A stretch of 45,920 bases of DNA, taken from assembly GCA_945906715.1 (NCBI GenBank), contig CAMDRK010000001.1:1-45920 (forward strand), in the 5' to 3' direction. Both the position numbers and the translations under genes were made by a program. Below the pieces are notes generated by a model that was given only the letters and a program-made list of their open reading frames with translations, did not search any database and was not told the DNA's origin. This DNA comes from Nitrospira lenta (GTDB lineage Bacteria; Nitrospirota; Nitrospiria; Nitrospirales; Nitrospiraceae). Shown here one piece after another: positions 24,886 to 33,195 of this stretch; the first letter of the stretch is position 1, and every line of letters begins with the position of its first letter.

Positions 24886-24914
24886 TTGACTCGCCCCATC
24901 GAGTTGGCTATTGT
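24886..24914 (+). promoter_or_regulatory. candidate sigma70-type promoter
   Basis: TTGACT (24886-24891), a 17-nt spacer, then TATTGT (24909-24914). It lies about 146 nt upstream of the methyltransferase ATG. Pattern match only. Confidence 0.25.
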
Positions 24915-25060
24915 AGCTTTGGTGCTGGTCAGGCGGGTCTCCTCGCTCCATTCAGGTGCTCCGCCGCACAAAGAGTTTACCCCTAAGTAGCTACGGCAGT
25001 CGGCTCATCCCTCGCTGGCCGAGGAGCGCAAGTCGCCTTTAATGTGGAGTCGGAGGTGAT

Positions 25061-25792
25061 ATGGATTTAGCGAAGGTCGAGCGCGTCTATACCTCGTACG
25101 CCAAGATCTACGATCGAATTTTCGGAAAGGTGTTTCACGAAGGACGCCAGTCGGTGATTCGCAACCTGGACGTCCAGCCGGACGAAGAAATTCTCGAAGT
25201 GGGAGTCGGGACCGGGCTGGCCCTGCCGATGTACCCCCGCCATTGTCGGATCGTCGGGATCGACTTCTCAGAAGGGATGCTGGACCAAGCAAAGCAGAAA
25301 GCCGCAGAATACCAAATGGACCATGTGCAACTGCACCGAATGGATGCCGGCGCAATGGATTTCAAAGACGATAGTTTCGACACAGTTGTCGCAGCCTACG
25401 TCGTCACCGCTGTCCCCGACTATCGCAAGGTCGTCAGTGAAATGATCCGCGTCTGCCGACCAGGCGGACGGATCATTATGCTGAATCACTTCGCCAACGA
25501 CAATAAAATCATCGCCGCTATCGAAAAAGTGCTGTCCCCCATCACGAAGAACTTAGGGTGGCGCACAGACCTGGCCCTCCAGACCGTGCTGGAAGGAACG
25601 CCCCTGCACGTCGCTCGGAAACAGAATGTGAATCCGATGCGGCTCTGGGCTTTGGTGGAATGTGTGAACGGAAAGAACGGGAACGGGAAGACCCACATCA
25701 ACGGTGCGAAAAACGGAAACGGCTCCGCAGCCTACGCACATATCAACGGCACGCGTCTCTCGGAACAGGCCAGCGGACAGGCGCTGGGCTAG
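25061..25792 (+). CDS. class I SAM-dependent methyltransferase, phospholipid N-methyltransferase (PmtA)-like, with an Asn/Gly-rich tail
   Basis: Motif I is ILEVGVGTGLAL. The N-terminus YAKIYDRIFGKVFHEGR resembles PmtA-type enzymes (from memory). The C-terminal tail is NGKNGNGKTHINGAKNGNGSAAYAHING. Confidence 0.8.
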   Translation: MDLAKVERVYTSYAKIYDRIFGKVFHEGRQSVIRNLDVQPDEEILEVGVGTGLALPMYPRHCRIVGIDFSEGMLDQAKQKAAEYQMDHVQLHRMDAGAMDFKDDSFDTVVAAYVVTAVPDYRKVVSEMIRVCRPGGRIIMLNHFANDNKIIAAIEKVLSPITKNLGWRTDLALQTVLEGTPLHVARKQNVNPMRLWALVECVNGKNGNGKTHINGAKNGNGSAAYAHINGTRLSEQASGQALG

Positions 25793-25916
25793 CAGGCCGT
25801 TGAAAAAGCCCGCCAGCTTCGTTCTCGCATCGTTCAGACCCTCAACGTACCCCAAGGGTACGCCTCGGCCCTTCACTCGCTGCGGCCTCGCTGAACAGTC
25901 TTTTTGAACAGCCTGC
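25792..25916 (+). repeat. P125 element, full copy
   Basis: GCAGGCCGTTGAAAAAGCCCGCCAGCTTCGTTCTCGCATCG...GTACCCCAAGGGTAC...CTTTTTGAACAGCCTGC. Starts on the G of the methyltransferase TAG and is followed directly by a nonamer hairpin. Confidence 0.85.
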
Positions 25917-25999
25917 TTACTTGGTTCATTTGGTTTGTTTAGTTCGTCGAGCTGGCCCGATTCAACCAAATAAACAAGACAAACCAAAGAGACTAAATA
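25917..25999. repeat. periodic-repeat hairpin, nonamer family, core inverted relative to 23547-23684
   Basis: TTACTTGGTTCATTTGGTTTGTTTAGTTCGTCGAGCTGGCCCGATTCAACCAAATAAACAAGACAAACCAAAGAGAC. It directly abuts a P125 copy. Confidence 0.8.
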
Positions 26000-26008
26000 A
26001 CAATCTCT

Positions 26009-26848
26009 TCAGCCTATATCGCTCGCCGTTGCTTTATCAGCCGCGCGCTGCTGCTCGAATGATTTCCAATTCTGCCATTCCCCGCCGGGAATGATCGTAT
26101 TGCCCACCAGACACTGGCCGGAGAATCGTTGGGCGATCAAGTCCGCCAGGAGCGAGAGCACCTGACCGGTCCGGCGATCCTGTACCCCACGCACCCGCAA
26201 CACCACGCCGAACCCTGGCCCATCGAGCGGCCCATACAACATACAGTGAACCCCTGTGACACCCTTCGATTCCCGCATCGACGCCGGAAGCAAATCTCCT
26301 TCCCACTGGATGGAAGGATGCCGCCCGGATGATGACGCGGTAGCTCGCCAGGTACAAGGCACTCCGGCCACATCCAGCTCCGCCAAGAGCCAAGTGACCG
26401 TCGGCCAGTCAGGCATTTCACTTTGAAAGGTCCATTGCGCCACCTGCTCTAGCGACAAGGGTTCAAGGCTCGGCGCTGCCACTTCTTCCAGCTGCGCTTC
26501 TTCGCATACCACATAGAGTTCTCCCTGCGGATCAAACCAGAAGCGGAGTCTCCCGTCGGTCAACTCCGCTTGGATCACCCCCAGCGTCGAACAATCGGCC
26601 CCCTCCTGTTCAAACATCGAGAAATCCGTGACACCGGTCATCGTGAGTTTCGCGACGCGCGCCATCTGGCGAATACGATAGCGAATCACGACCATGACCG
26701 TGGTTCCCGCCGCCACCTCACGGCCCGACGCCTCATCCAGCAGGCGTCGCTTCGACACCTGCACATCCGTCACGTAGCCGCCGCGAAACCCGCCGGTTTG
26801 GCCCAGCAACCAACGGAGGTCGTCTTTCGACTTGATGGATTGTTGCAT
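26009..26848 (-). CDS. hypothetical protein
   Basis: Long ORF with normal composition. ATG 26848 is preferred over TTG 26878. No family recognised. Confidence 0.55.
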   Translation of the reverse strand: MQQSIKSKDDLRWLLGQTGGFRGGYVTDVQVSKRRLLDEASGREVAAGTTVMVVIRYRIRQMARVAKLTMTGVTDFSMFEQEGADCSTLGVIQAELTDGRLRFWFDPQGELYVVCEEAQLEEVAAPSLEPLSLEQVAQWTFQSEMPDWPTVTWLLAELDVAGVPCTWRATASSSGRHPSIQWEGDLLPASMRESKGVTGVHCMLYGPLDGPGFGVVLRVRGVQDRRTGQVLSLLADLIAQRFSGQCLVGNTIIPGGEWQNWKSFEQQRAADKATASDIG

Positions 26849-27001
26849 GAGGGGAATTGTAGCGCAGCGGGAAACCAAAGGGCTAGCCCCTCTCCCACGA
26901 GACAGACCTTGCTGTCAATCATACGACCGTGTATGTTTCCGGCTAGAAGAACTACCCGGCACAAATAGTTATCGTTCATCGTCATTGCACGAGATCTTCT
27001 G

Positions 27002-27685
27002 ATGCGCGCTGTCTGCCTGAAACATGTTCCCTTTGAAGGGCCAGGAGCCTTCGCGACGGCGCTGACTGAGCGCGGCGTGAGCCTGGAGCGCTATCTCGTT
27101 CCGCAAGACGGACTGCCGAAGGATGCGGGCGATCTGTTGATCGTGATGGGCGGGCCGATGTCGGTGAACGAGCCTGATCCGTGGATTGCGGAAGAGACAT
27201 CGTTTATCCGGTCAGCGCTCCACGCGGGCACGCCTGTAATCGGCGTGTGCCTGGGCAGCCAGTTCATGGCTAAATCGTTGGGCGCCACCATACGTTCTGG
27301 CAAGGCGCTGGAAATCGGCATGACGCAAGTCAGGCTGACGGCTGAGGCGAAACAAGACCCTGTGTTCAGCACGCTGCCCGAGTCATTCGAGGTCTTCGAG
27401 TGGCATGGCGAGGTGTTCGACCTCCCCAAAGACTCTGTGCCCTTAGCTGGCTCCGACATCGCTCCCCTGCAAGCCTTCCGCTATGGCGCGCTCGCCTACG
27501 GGCTGCTGTTTCATTTGGAGATGGAAGAAAATGGAATCGACTCATTGTGCCAGGAATGTGCGCCGGACCTCACGAAAGCGCGCTTGACTGCACAACAGAT
27601 AAAAGCGACAGCCCTCCCTCATCTCCCGCAACTCCATCAGGTCGCCGATCGTCTGATCGACCACCTTCTCTTTCCCCAGCGTTGA
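27002..27685 (+). CDS. class I glutamine amidotransferase-like protein
   Basis: Nucleophile elbow is GVCLGSQ, and the later FHLE carries the His/Glu. 227 aa. Confidence 0.85.
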   Translation: MRAVCLKHVPFEGPGAFATALTERGVSLERYLVPQDGLPKDAGDLLIVMGGPMSVNEPDPWIAEETSFIRSALHAGTPVIGVCLGSQFMAKSLGATIRSGKALEIGMTQVRLTAEAKQDPVFSTLPESFEVFEWHGEVFDLPKDSVPLAGSDIAPLQAFRYGALAYGLLFHLEMEENGIDSLCQECAPDLTKARLTAQQIKATALPHLPQLHQVADRLIDHLLFPQR

Positions 27686-27721
27686 TTACTTCCTTGCTCC
27701 TGAAGTAGTCTTAATCACCTT

Positions 27722-27820
27722 GTCCAAAAGTCGAATGTCATCAAGTCGAAAGTCTTCCGGAATTCTCACGACTTGACGACTTTCTGACTTGAAGGCTTGA
27801 CGACCTGATGACGTTACGAC
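27722..27820. repeat. periodic-repeat hairpin, GACTTGAC octamer type
   Basis: The left arm is GTCCAAAAGTCGAATGTCATCAAGTCGAAAGTC. The right arm is GACTTGAC GACTTTCT GACTTGAA GGCTTGAC GACCTGAT GACGTTAC GAC. Confidence 0.75.
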
Positions 27821-27857
27821 TATCCGACCGATTAATTTACAAAGGAGAAGATCGGAC

Positions 27858-29033
27858 ATGCCTGGTTTTCCGATAGAAGTTGCCACACGAATCAAGACCC
27901 TGCCTCCCTATCTGTTTGCCGCCATCGACAAGATGAAGCAGGCCGCGATTGCCAAGGGCATCGACATCATCAATCTTGGCATCGGTGACCCGGATTTGCC
28001 GACACCGACGCCGATCATTGAAAGCCTGGCGATAGCAGCCAAGGATCCCAAGCACCATCAATATCCCTCGTATGAGGGCATGCTGTCCTTCAGAAAAGCC
28101 GTTGCAGACTGGTACAAGCGGCGGTTCAACGTGACACTCAACCCGGCCGATGAAGTGCTCACCCTCATCGGCTCGAAGGAAGGCATCGGACATATTCCAC
28201 TCGCATTCGTCGATCCGGGCGATATCGTGCTCGTCCCGAGTCCCGGCTATCCGGTCTATCCTGTTGGAACCAGTTTCGCCGGTGGCGTCGCACACCTCAT
28301 GCCGCTCACGAAGCAGAATGGCTTCTTGCCGGACTTGAAGGCCATCCCTAAGGACGTGGCGAAAAAAGCGAAGCTGATGTTTCTGAACTCCCCAAACAAC
28401 CCGACGTCGGTCATCATGAGCAAGGACTACTTCAAGCGCGTTGTGGACTTTGCCGGGGAAAACCAGATCATCGTCTGCCACGACGCGGCCTATTCAGAGA
28501 TTTTCTACGACGGCAAACCCCCGGCGAGCTTCATGGAAGTCGATGGCGCAAAAGATGTAGGCATCGAGTTCCACTCGCTCTCGAAGACCTACAACATGAC
28601 TGGCTGGCGCATCGGATTTGCCGTCGGAAACACACAGGTTCTCGCAGGACTGGGCAAGGTGAAGAGCAACCTCGACTCTGGCTGTTTCCAGGCCATTCAG
28701 GAAGCCGGCATCACCGCGCTCAATCTGGATGACTCTGTGACTGACGGCTTGCGCAAGATCTATCAGGAGCGGCGCGACACTCTGGTCCCAGGCCTCAAAC
28801 AGCTTGGGCTTGAGGTCGATCCGCCTCCGGCGGCGTTCTATATCTGGGTCACGGTGCCGAAGGGGTACACCTCCACTTCGTTCACAGCTCACTTGCTGGA
28901 GAAAGCCGGAATCGTCACGACACCAGGCAATGGTTTCGGCGCGCCGGGCGAAGGCTATATCAGGATGACCGTCTGCACGTCGAAAGAGCGATTGGCGGAG
29001 GCGGTGGAACGGATTAAGAAGGTGGGGTTCTGA
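27858..29033 (+). CDS. dapL: LL-diaminopimelate aminotransferase-like class I aminotransferase
   Basis: Contains RIKTLPPYLFAAIDKMK, NSPNNPT and the PLP-Lys context SLSKTYNMTGWRIG. dapA, dapB and lysA are in the same window. Confidence 0.75.
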   Translation: MPGFPIEVATRIKTLPPYLFAAIDKMKQAAIAKGIDIINLGIGDPDLPTPTPIIESLAIAAKDPKHHQYPSYEGMLSFRKAVADWYKRRFNVTLNPADEVLTLIGSKEGIGHIPLAFVDPGDIVLVPSPGYPVYPVGTSFAGGVAHLMPLTKQNGFLPDLKAIPKDVAKKAKLMFLNSPNNPTSVIMSKDYFKRVVDFAGENQIIVCHDAAYSEIFYDGKPPASFMEVDGAKDVGIEFHSLSKTYNMTGWRIGFAVGNTQVLAGLGKVKSNLDSGCFQAIQEAGITALNLDDSVTDGLRKIYQERRDTLVPGLKQLGLEVDPPPAAFYIWVTVPKGYTSTSFTAHLLEKAGIVTTPGNGFGAPGEGYIRMTVCTSKERLAEAVERIKKVGF

Positions 29034-29035
29034 AA

Positions 29036-29118
29036 CTCGTGAGGCGTGAGGGGAATCGACTCGGAACCTCCGTCTTCTTAACTGTATCACCTAACGCCTC
29101 ACGCCTAACCCCTCACGG
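29036..29118. repeat. periodic-repeat hairpin, GTGAGGC heptamer type
   Basis: CTCGTGAGGCGTGAGGGG ... CACCTAACGCCTCACGCCTAACCCCTCACGG. Lies between dapL and folK. Confidence 0.8.
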
Positions 29119-29124
29119 TATATT

Positions 29125-29676
29125 ATGGAGACTGTCTTCATCGGATTCGGTTCGAATGTCAGCGATCGAGTCGATTTCTGCGACCGTGCGGTGACGTTGT
29201 TGAGCCTGCTGCCGCACTCCCAACTCTCGGGGGTGTCGTTGCTCTATGAAACCGAGCCGGTGAACGATTTTGCCCAGCCTGGCGATGGCTGGTTCTTGAA
29301 CGGGGTCGTACAGCTTGAGACGGATGTCACGCCGAAGAGCCTCTTGGCTATACTCCGTGAGATCGAGTGCTCGCTCGGCCGGGATGAGGAGAACCGATCA
29401 GGCCCCAGAACCATCGATTTGGATATCTTGTTCTACGGCCAACGGATCATCGACGAACCGGATCTCGTGGTGCCGCATCCTCGCATGCACCGCCGCCGGT
29501 TCGTCCTAATGCCGTTGAGCGAACTCGATCCGCTGTTCGTCCATCCATTACTCCAACGCACCATCAGCCAATTGCTCGCCGAAGCCGGGAAGCAGCCGGA
29601 GGTTCGCCTCCTGTTTCCCCAACCCTCGACCCGCTACGGGTCTCGCCCTGCTTGCAGCCCGCCTCCAGGCTCATGA
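29125..29676 (+). CDS. folK: 2-amino-4-hydroxy-6-hydroxymethyldihydropteridine diphosphokinase
   Basis: Contains FIGFGSN...LYETEPV...RTIDLDILFYG...VPHPRMHRRRFVLMPL. The stop overlaps the panC ATG (ATGA). Confidence 0.9.
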   Translation: METVFIGFGSNVSDRVDFCDRAVTLLSLLPHSQLSGVSLLYETEPVNDFAQPGDGWFLNGVVQLETDVTPKSLLAILREIECSLGRDEENRSGPRTIDLDILFYGQRIIDEPDLVVPHPRMHRRRFVLMPLSELDPLFVHPLLQRTISQLLAEAGKQPEVRLLFPQPSTRYGSRPACSPPPGS

Positions 29677-30596
29677 AAATTATCCGCACCCCACGATCTA
29701 TGACTGCATGGAGCGAAGGATTACGCCGGGAAGGGGTGATCATCGGATTCGTGCCCACGATGGGCGCGCTGCATGACGGCCATCGTTCCCTCATTCGAGC
29801 CGCACGATTACAATGCGATGCGCTCGTTGTGAGTATCTTCGTGAATCCGACGCAGTTTGCGCCGACCGAAGACCTGACGAAGTACCCGCGGCCCATCGCG
29901 AAGGATCGCGCGCTCTGCCGGGAGGAAGGGGTGGATGTCTGTTTTGAACCGACATCCCAGGCCATGTATCCTGAGGGTTTCCAAACGACCGTGACGGTGC
30001 CGGCGCTCGCGCGCCGATGGGAGGGGGCGGCCCGGCCTCATCATTTTGCCGGCGTCGCCACGGTGGTGACGAAACTCTTCGGCATGGTACAGCCACAACG
30101 TGCCCTGTTTGGCCAGAAAGACTACCAGCAGACAGCGCTGGTTCGGCAACTTGTGAACGATCTCAATCTCGGCGTGGCGATTCTGGTACGTCCGACCGTC
30201 AGAGAGCGCGATGGGTTGGCTATGAGTTCGCGTAATGTCTATCTCAGCCCGGACGAACGTCGGATGGCTCCCTTGCTTTTTCAATCGCTCCAAGCCGGCA
30301 GACAGATGATCGAGGGTGGGGAAAGCGACGTGGCTGCAATCGAACGGATCATGCGACAGACTATCGAACGGGAGCCCACCATTCATGTCGAGTACCTGGC
30401 CGTCTGCGATCCGGACAGTCTGGAGCCTCTGCCCGTCGTCGCAGCTCGTGCGGTACTCTTAGGCGCAATCCGGCTCGGACCGGTCCGCTTGATCGATAAT
30501 CTGCTGGTGAAGATGCCGGGCAGGAAGGTGCCTAATCAGGGGTTCAGGCTGAAGGCTGAAGGTGGTTTCGACGATCTTGGGTTCAAACAAAAATGA
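29673..30596 (+). CDS. panC: pantoate--beta-alanine ligase
   Basis: Starts MKIIRT and contains FVPTMGALHDGH and later RLIDN. ATG 29673 is preferred over TTG 29652. The C-terminal tail runs about 31 aa past RLIDN into a repeat hairpin. Confidence 0.9.
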   Translation: MKIIRTPRSMTAWSEGLRREGVIIGFVPTMGALHDGHRSLIRAARLQCDALVVSIFVNPTQFAPTEDLTKYPRPIAKDRALCREEGVDVCFEPTSQAMYPEGFQTTVTVPALARRWEGAARPHHFAGVATVVTKLFGMVQPQRALFGQKDYQQTALVRQLVNDLNLGVAILVRPTVRERDGLAMSSRNVYLSPDERRMAPLLFQSLQAGRQMIEGGESDVAAIERIMRQTIEREPTIHVEYLAVCDPDSLEPLPVVAARAVLLGAIRLGPVRLIDNLLVKMPGRKVPNQGFRLKAEGGFDDLGFKQK

Positions 30597-30650
30597 ATCC
30601 TCGTTGGGCAAGAAGCCCAACCCCTAAAAGCCTTCAGCCTATCTACCTGA
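30544..30650. repeat. periodic-repeat hairpin, CTGAAGG heptamer type
   Basis: TCAGGCTGAAGGCTGAAGGTGG ... AAAAGCCTTCAGCCTATCTACCTGA. The left arm is translated as the panC tail (FRLKAEGG). Confidence 0.8.
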
Positions 30651-30672
30651 GTAGTTTCGTGGGAAAAGCGCG

Positions 30673-31182
30673 CTACGCGTTGACCGGGAGATCAAGGCCT
30701 TGACCGACTAAGAGCCCGAGAACCACCTGAGCCAGACGACGGTGATGCTCCAGTTGCACATCCAGAAAGCGGATGCCGATCGATGAGGGGCGAACGGAAC
30801 AGACCATTGCCTTTTGAATACGGATCGTTTCATCTTCCACCGTCGGCTTCAAGACCAATTCGATAAAGGCCCCCTTCTGGAGCCCGGTCGTCTGCAGGGT
30901 ACAGCCATCCATTGAGATGTCGGTGATTCGATTGGTCACGGACGGCTGCTTGCTGTCGAGAACCTGGGCCTCGATGGAGGCTGTCAGGCGTGTATACTGA
31001 CGCCGATCGGACGTTTCCGTATTGTGGCGCGCACCGGAATAGAATACACGAAAACGATTCGTGCACAACTGGCATCGAAACGGAAACAGGTTGACGAGGC
31101 TCAACAAGCGCTCGATCCCGCCCTCGCAATTAGTCGCGCGGACAAATGAGCTCCCACAAGTCTGACAATGCACTGTCTTCAT
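30673..31182 (-). CDS. zinc-ribbon + PilZ-domain protein (putative c-di-GMP receptor)
   Basis: Contains MKTVHCQTCG...FRCQLC, then RRQYTR (RxxxR) and DISMDGC (D/NxSxxG). ATG 31182 overlaps the upstream stop (ATGA). Confidence 0.75.
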   Translation of the reverse strand: MKTVHCQTCGSSFVRATNCEGGIERLLSLVNLFPFRCQLCTNRFRVFYSGARHNTETSDRRQYTRLTASIEAQVLDSKQPSVTNRITDISMDGCTLQTTGLQKGAFIELVLKPTVEDETIRIQKAMVCSVRPSSIGIRFLDVQLEHHRRLAQVVLGLLVGQGLDLPVNA

Positions 31183-31580
31183 GAGTCTGAACGGGCCTCG
31201 CTTTGGACAGACCCCTGCTCCGCTAGAATCGGTTCGATGCGCGCCGGCGAATACGTGGCCGGCTTCACCCATTTCCCATCTTCACGCTTATAGCCACCGA
31301 CCTTGCTCATGTTGGACCGATGGACTTCTCGAAAGACGGGATCCATGTCGATACCATAGGACACCGCTGTTCCATAAACGACATACAAGAGATCGGCCAT
31401 TTCCTTCGCCACGGCCGCCAAGTCACCCCCGGCCATGGACTCTTTCAATTCGTCGAACTCCTCGTCGATTAGACGAACGCGCAGCCGTTTCGTTTCCTCA
31501 TCCAGATCCGTAGGAATTGATTGCGCCACGATGCTGAATTTACGGTGAAATTCCTCCACCATGGCCTGTTCATCCCTCAT
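31179..31580 (-). CDS. MazG-like all-alpha NTP pyrophosphohydrolase family protein
   Basis: Shows the EXXE...EXXD pattern: LIDEEFDELKE ... AKEMADLLYVVYG. 133 aa. Starts 13 nt after rmuC. Confidence 0.7.
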   Translation of the reverse strand: MRDEQAMVEEFHRKFSIVAQSIPTDLDEETKRLRVRLIDEEFDELKESMAGGDLAAVAKEMADLLYVVYGTAVSYGIDMDPVFREVHRSNMSKVGGYKREDGKWVKPATYSPARIEPILAEQGSVQSEARSDS

Positions 31581-31593
31581 CGTGGCTCCTTAC

Positions 31594-32982
31594 TTAGGGC
31601 TCATAGGGTAAAGATTTGCGCGAGACCAGCTCCACTGGATCCAACATGGGAATCTCTTTTTCCGACGAAACACCCAACTCCTTGAAGCGACGGGCCGCCG
31701 GCAGGATTCTCGTTTCGAGCGACCCGACCGCCTTATTGTATGACAGGACGCTCTTCCCGAGCGCCTGGCCAACGTCGTTCAAATGCTCTGTCAGCACGGC
31801 CATCCGTTCATAGAGATCCTTCCCCAACCGCCCGGCCTCCTCGGCATGCTCAGTCAATCGCTCTTGCCGCCATCCGTAGGCGACTGCGCGTAAGAGCGCC
31901 ATGAGCGTCGTGGGAGTGGCAAGGACCACACTTCGAAGGAATCCATCTTCTATGAGGCGTGGGTCATGCTCCAGTGCCGCGCCAAGAAACTGTTCTCCCG
32001 GTAAGAAGAGCACGACAAATTCAGGCGCCTGCGCGAATTGATTCCAATAGGCTTTCAGGCTCAGCTCATCCATGCGCGACCGGACTTGTGCGGCATGACG
32101 GCGCATCCCTTCAAGACGCTGCTCCTCAGTCCCCGCTTCGTGCGCGTCGAGATAGCCTGCCAATACGGTCTTCGCATCCACGATGATCTGCCGCCCACCA
32201 GGCAACTGGACCACCATGTCGGGACGGAGCCGTCCACCATCGACCGTGATGGACTCCTGCTCATAAAAATCGCAATGCGCCACCATGCCGGCCAGCTCGG
32301 CCACGCGCTTGAGCGTGATCTCTCCCCATTGGCCACGGATGGCCGGCGCGCGCAACGCCTTCACCAGGTTGCCGGTCTCCGACTGCAGGCGCTGCTGTGA
32401 CTCGGCCAAAAGCTTGAGATGCTGATCGAGACCTCCATAAGCCGCTTGCCGTGATTGCTCTAGTTGGCGGAGCTGGTCGTCGTATCGAGACAGCGAGTCT
32501 TGGAGGGGCTTGACCAGACTATCGATCGCCTGTTGCCGCTGAGCGAGATCGCCCTTAGCCTCGGCTTGGAGCGTTTCGAATGAACTGCGGGCAAGGGTGA
32601 GAAAGGCTTCGTTGTTCTGCTTGAGGGCTTCGCCGGAGAGAGCTTGGAAAGTCTCGGCCAATTCCTGTCTGGCCTGGCCCAACAGAGTCCTTTGTTCGTC
32701 GAGATGGAGCGCGGCCTCAGCCGCCTTGGTCTCCGCTACCGCACGGGCTTGGGAGGCCTCTGAAAGATCCTGCCTCGTTCGATCGAGATCGAGACGATCC
32801 TGTGACGCCTGACGGCGCAATTCGTCTGCGAGTGATTCTGCCCGCTGCGCCCGTTCGCCGGCAGTCAGCAGTTGCGCCTGTACGTTCGCGCGTATGCGGG
32901 CGGCAATCCAGAACCCGACGATCAGCGCGCCGAGGAGACATCCGACGAGAACACCAGCACCAAAGACTGTGCCATCAATCAT
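31594..32982 (-). CDS. rmuC: DNA recombination protein RmuC
   Basis: N-terminal TM segment, a long coiled-coil, then a C-terminal nuclease-like region (PDMVVQLPGGRQIIVDAKT ... FVVLFLPGEQF). Confidence 0.9.
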   Translation of the reverse strand: MIDGTVFGAGVLVGCLLGALIVGFWIAARIRANVQAQLLTAGERAQRAESLADELRRQASQDRLDLDRTRQDLSEASQARAVAETKAAEAALHLDEQRTLLGQARQELAETFQALSGEALKQNNEAFLTLARSSFETLQAEAKGDLAQRQQAIDSLVKPLQDSLSRYDDQLRQLEQSRQAAYGGLDQHLKLLAESQQRLQSETGNLVKALRAPAIRGQWGEITLKRVAELAGMVAHCDFYEQESITVDGGRLRPDMVVQLPGGRQIIVDAKTVLAGYLDAHEAGTEEQRLEGMRRHAAQVRSRMDELSLKAYWNQFAQAPEFVVLFLPGEQFLGAALEHDPRLIEDGFLRSVVLATPTTLMALLRAVAYGWRQERLTEHAEEAGRLGKDLYERMAVLTEHLNDVGQALGKSVLSYNKAVGSLETRILPAARRFKELGVSSEKEIPMLDPVELVSRKSLPYEP

Positions 32983-33195
32983 GGGTGACCGTCCAGATCG
33001 TGCCGCCAGCTAAGATTCGACAGAGTTGTTGGGTGTTGCAATGAGACAAGCACGCGGCTAAAGATTACGTAACCACTCGCGAAAGGTCAAGACCGCAAAA
33101 CGACTAGCCCGTATTACTCATGAAGGCGAATCGCGAAAGCGTGCCAACGGGCCAGGCCAGTGGCGCGAGGCTAGTGGCTAGAGGGAAGAGCCATG

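Noticed and set aside
27837-29090. Minus-strand ORFs 27837-28481 (214 aa) and 28494-29090 (198 aa)
   Set aside because: They are antisense to the dapL-like aminotransferase, which has a clear PLP-lysine context. No motifs were found in the antisense products.
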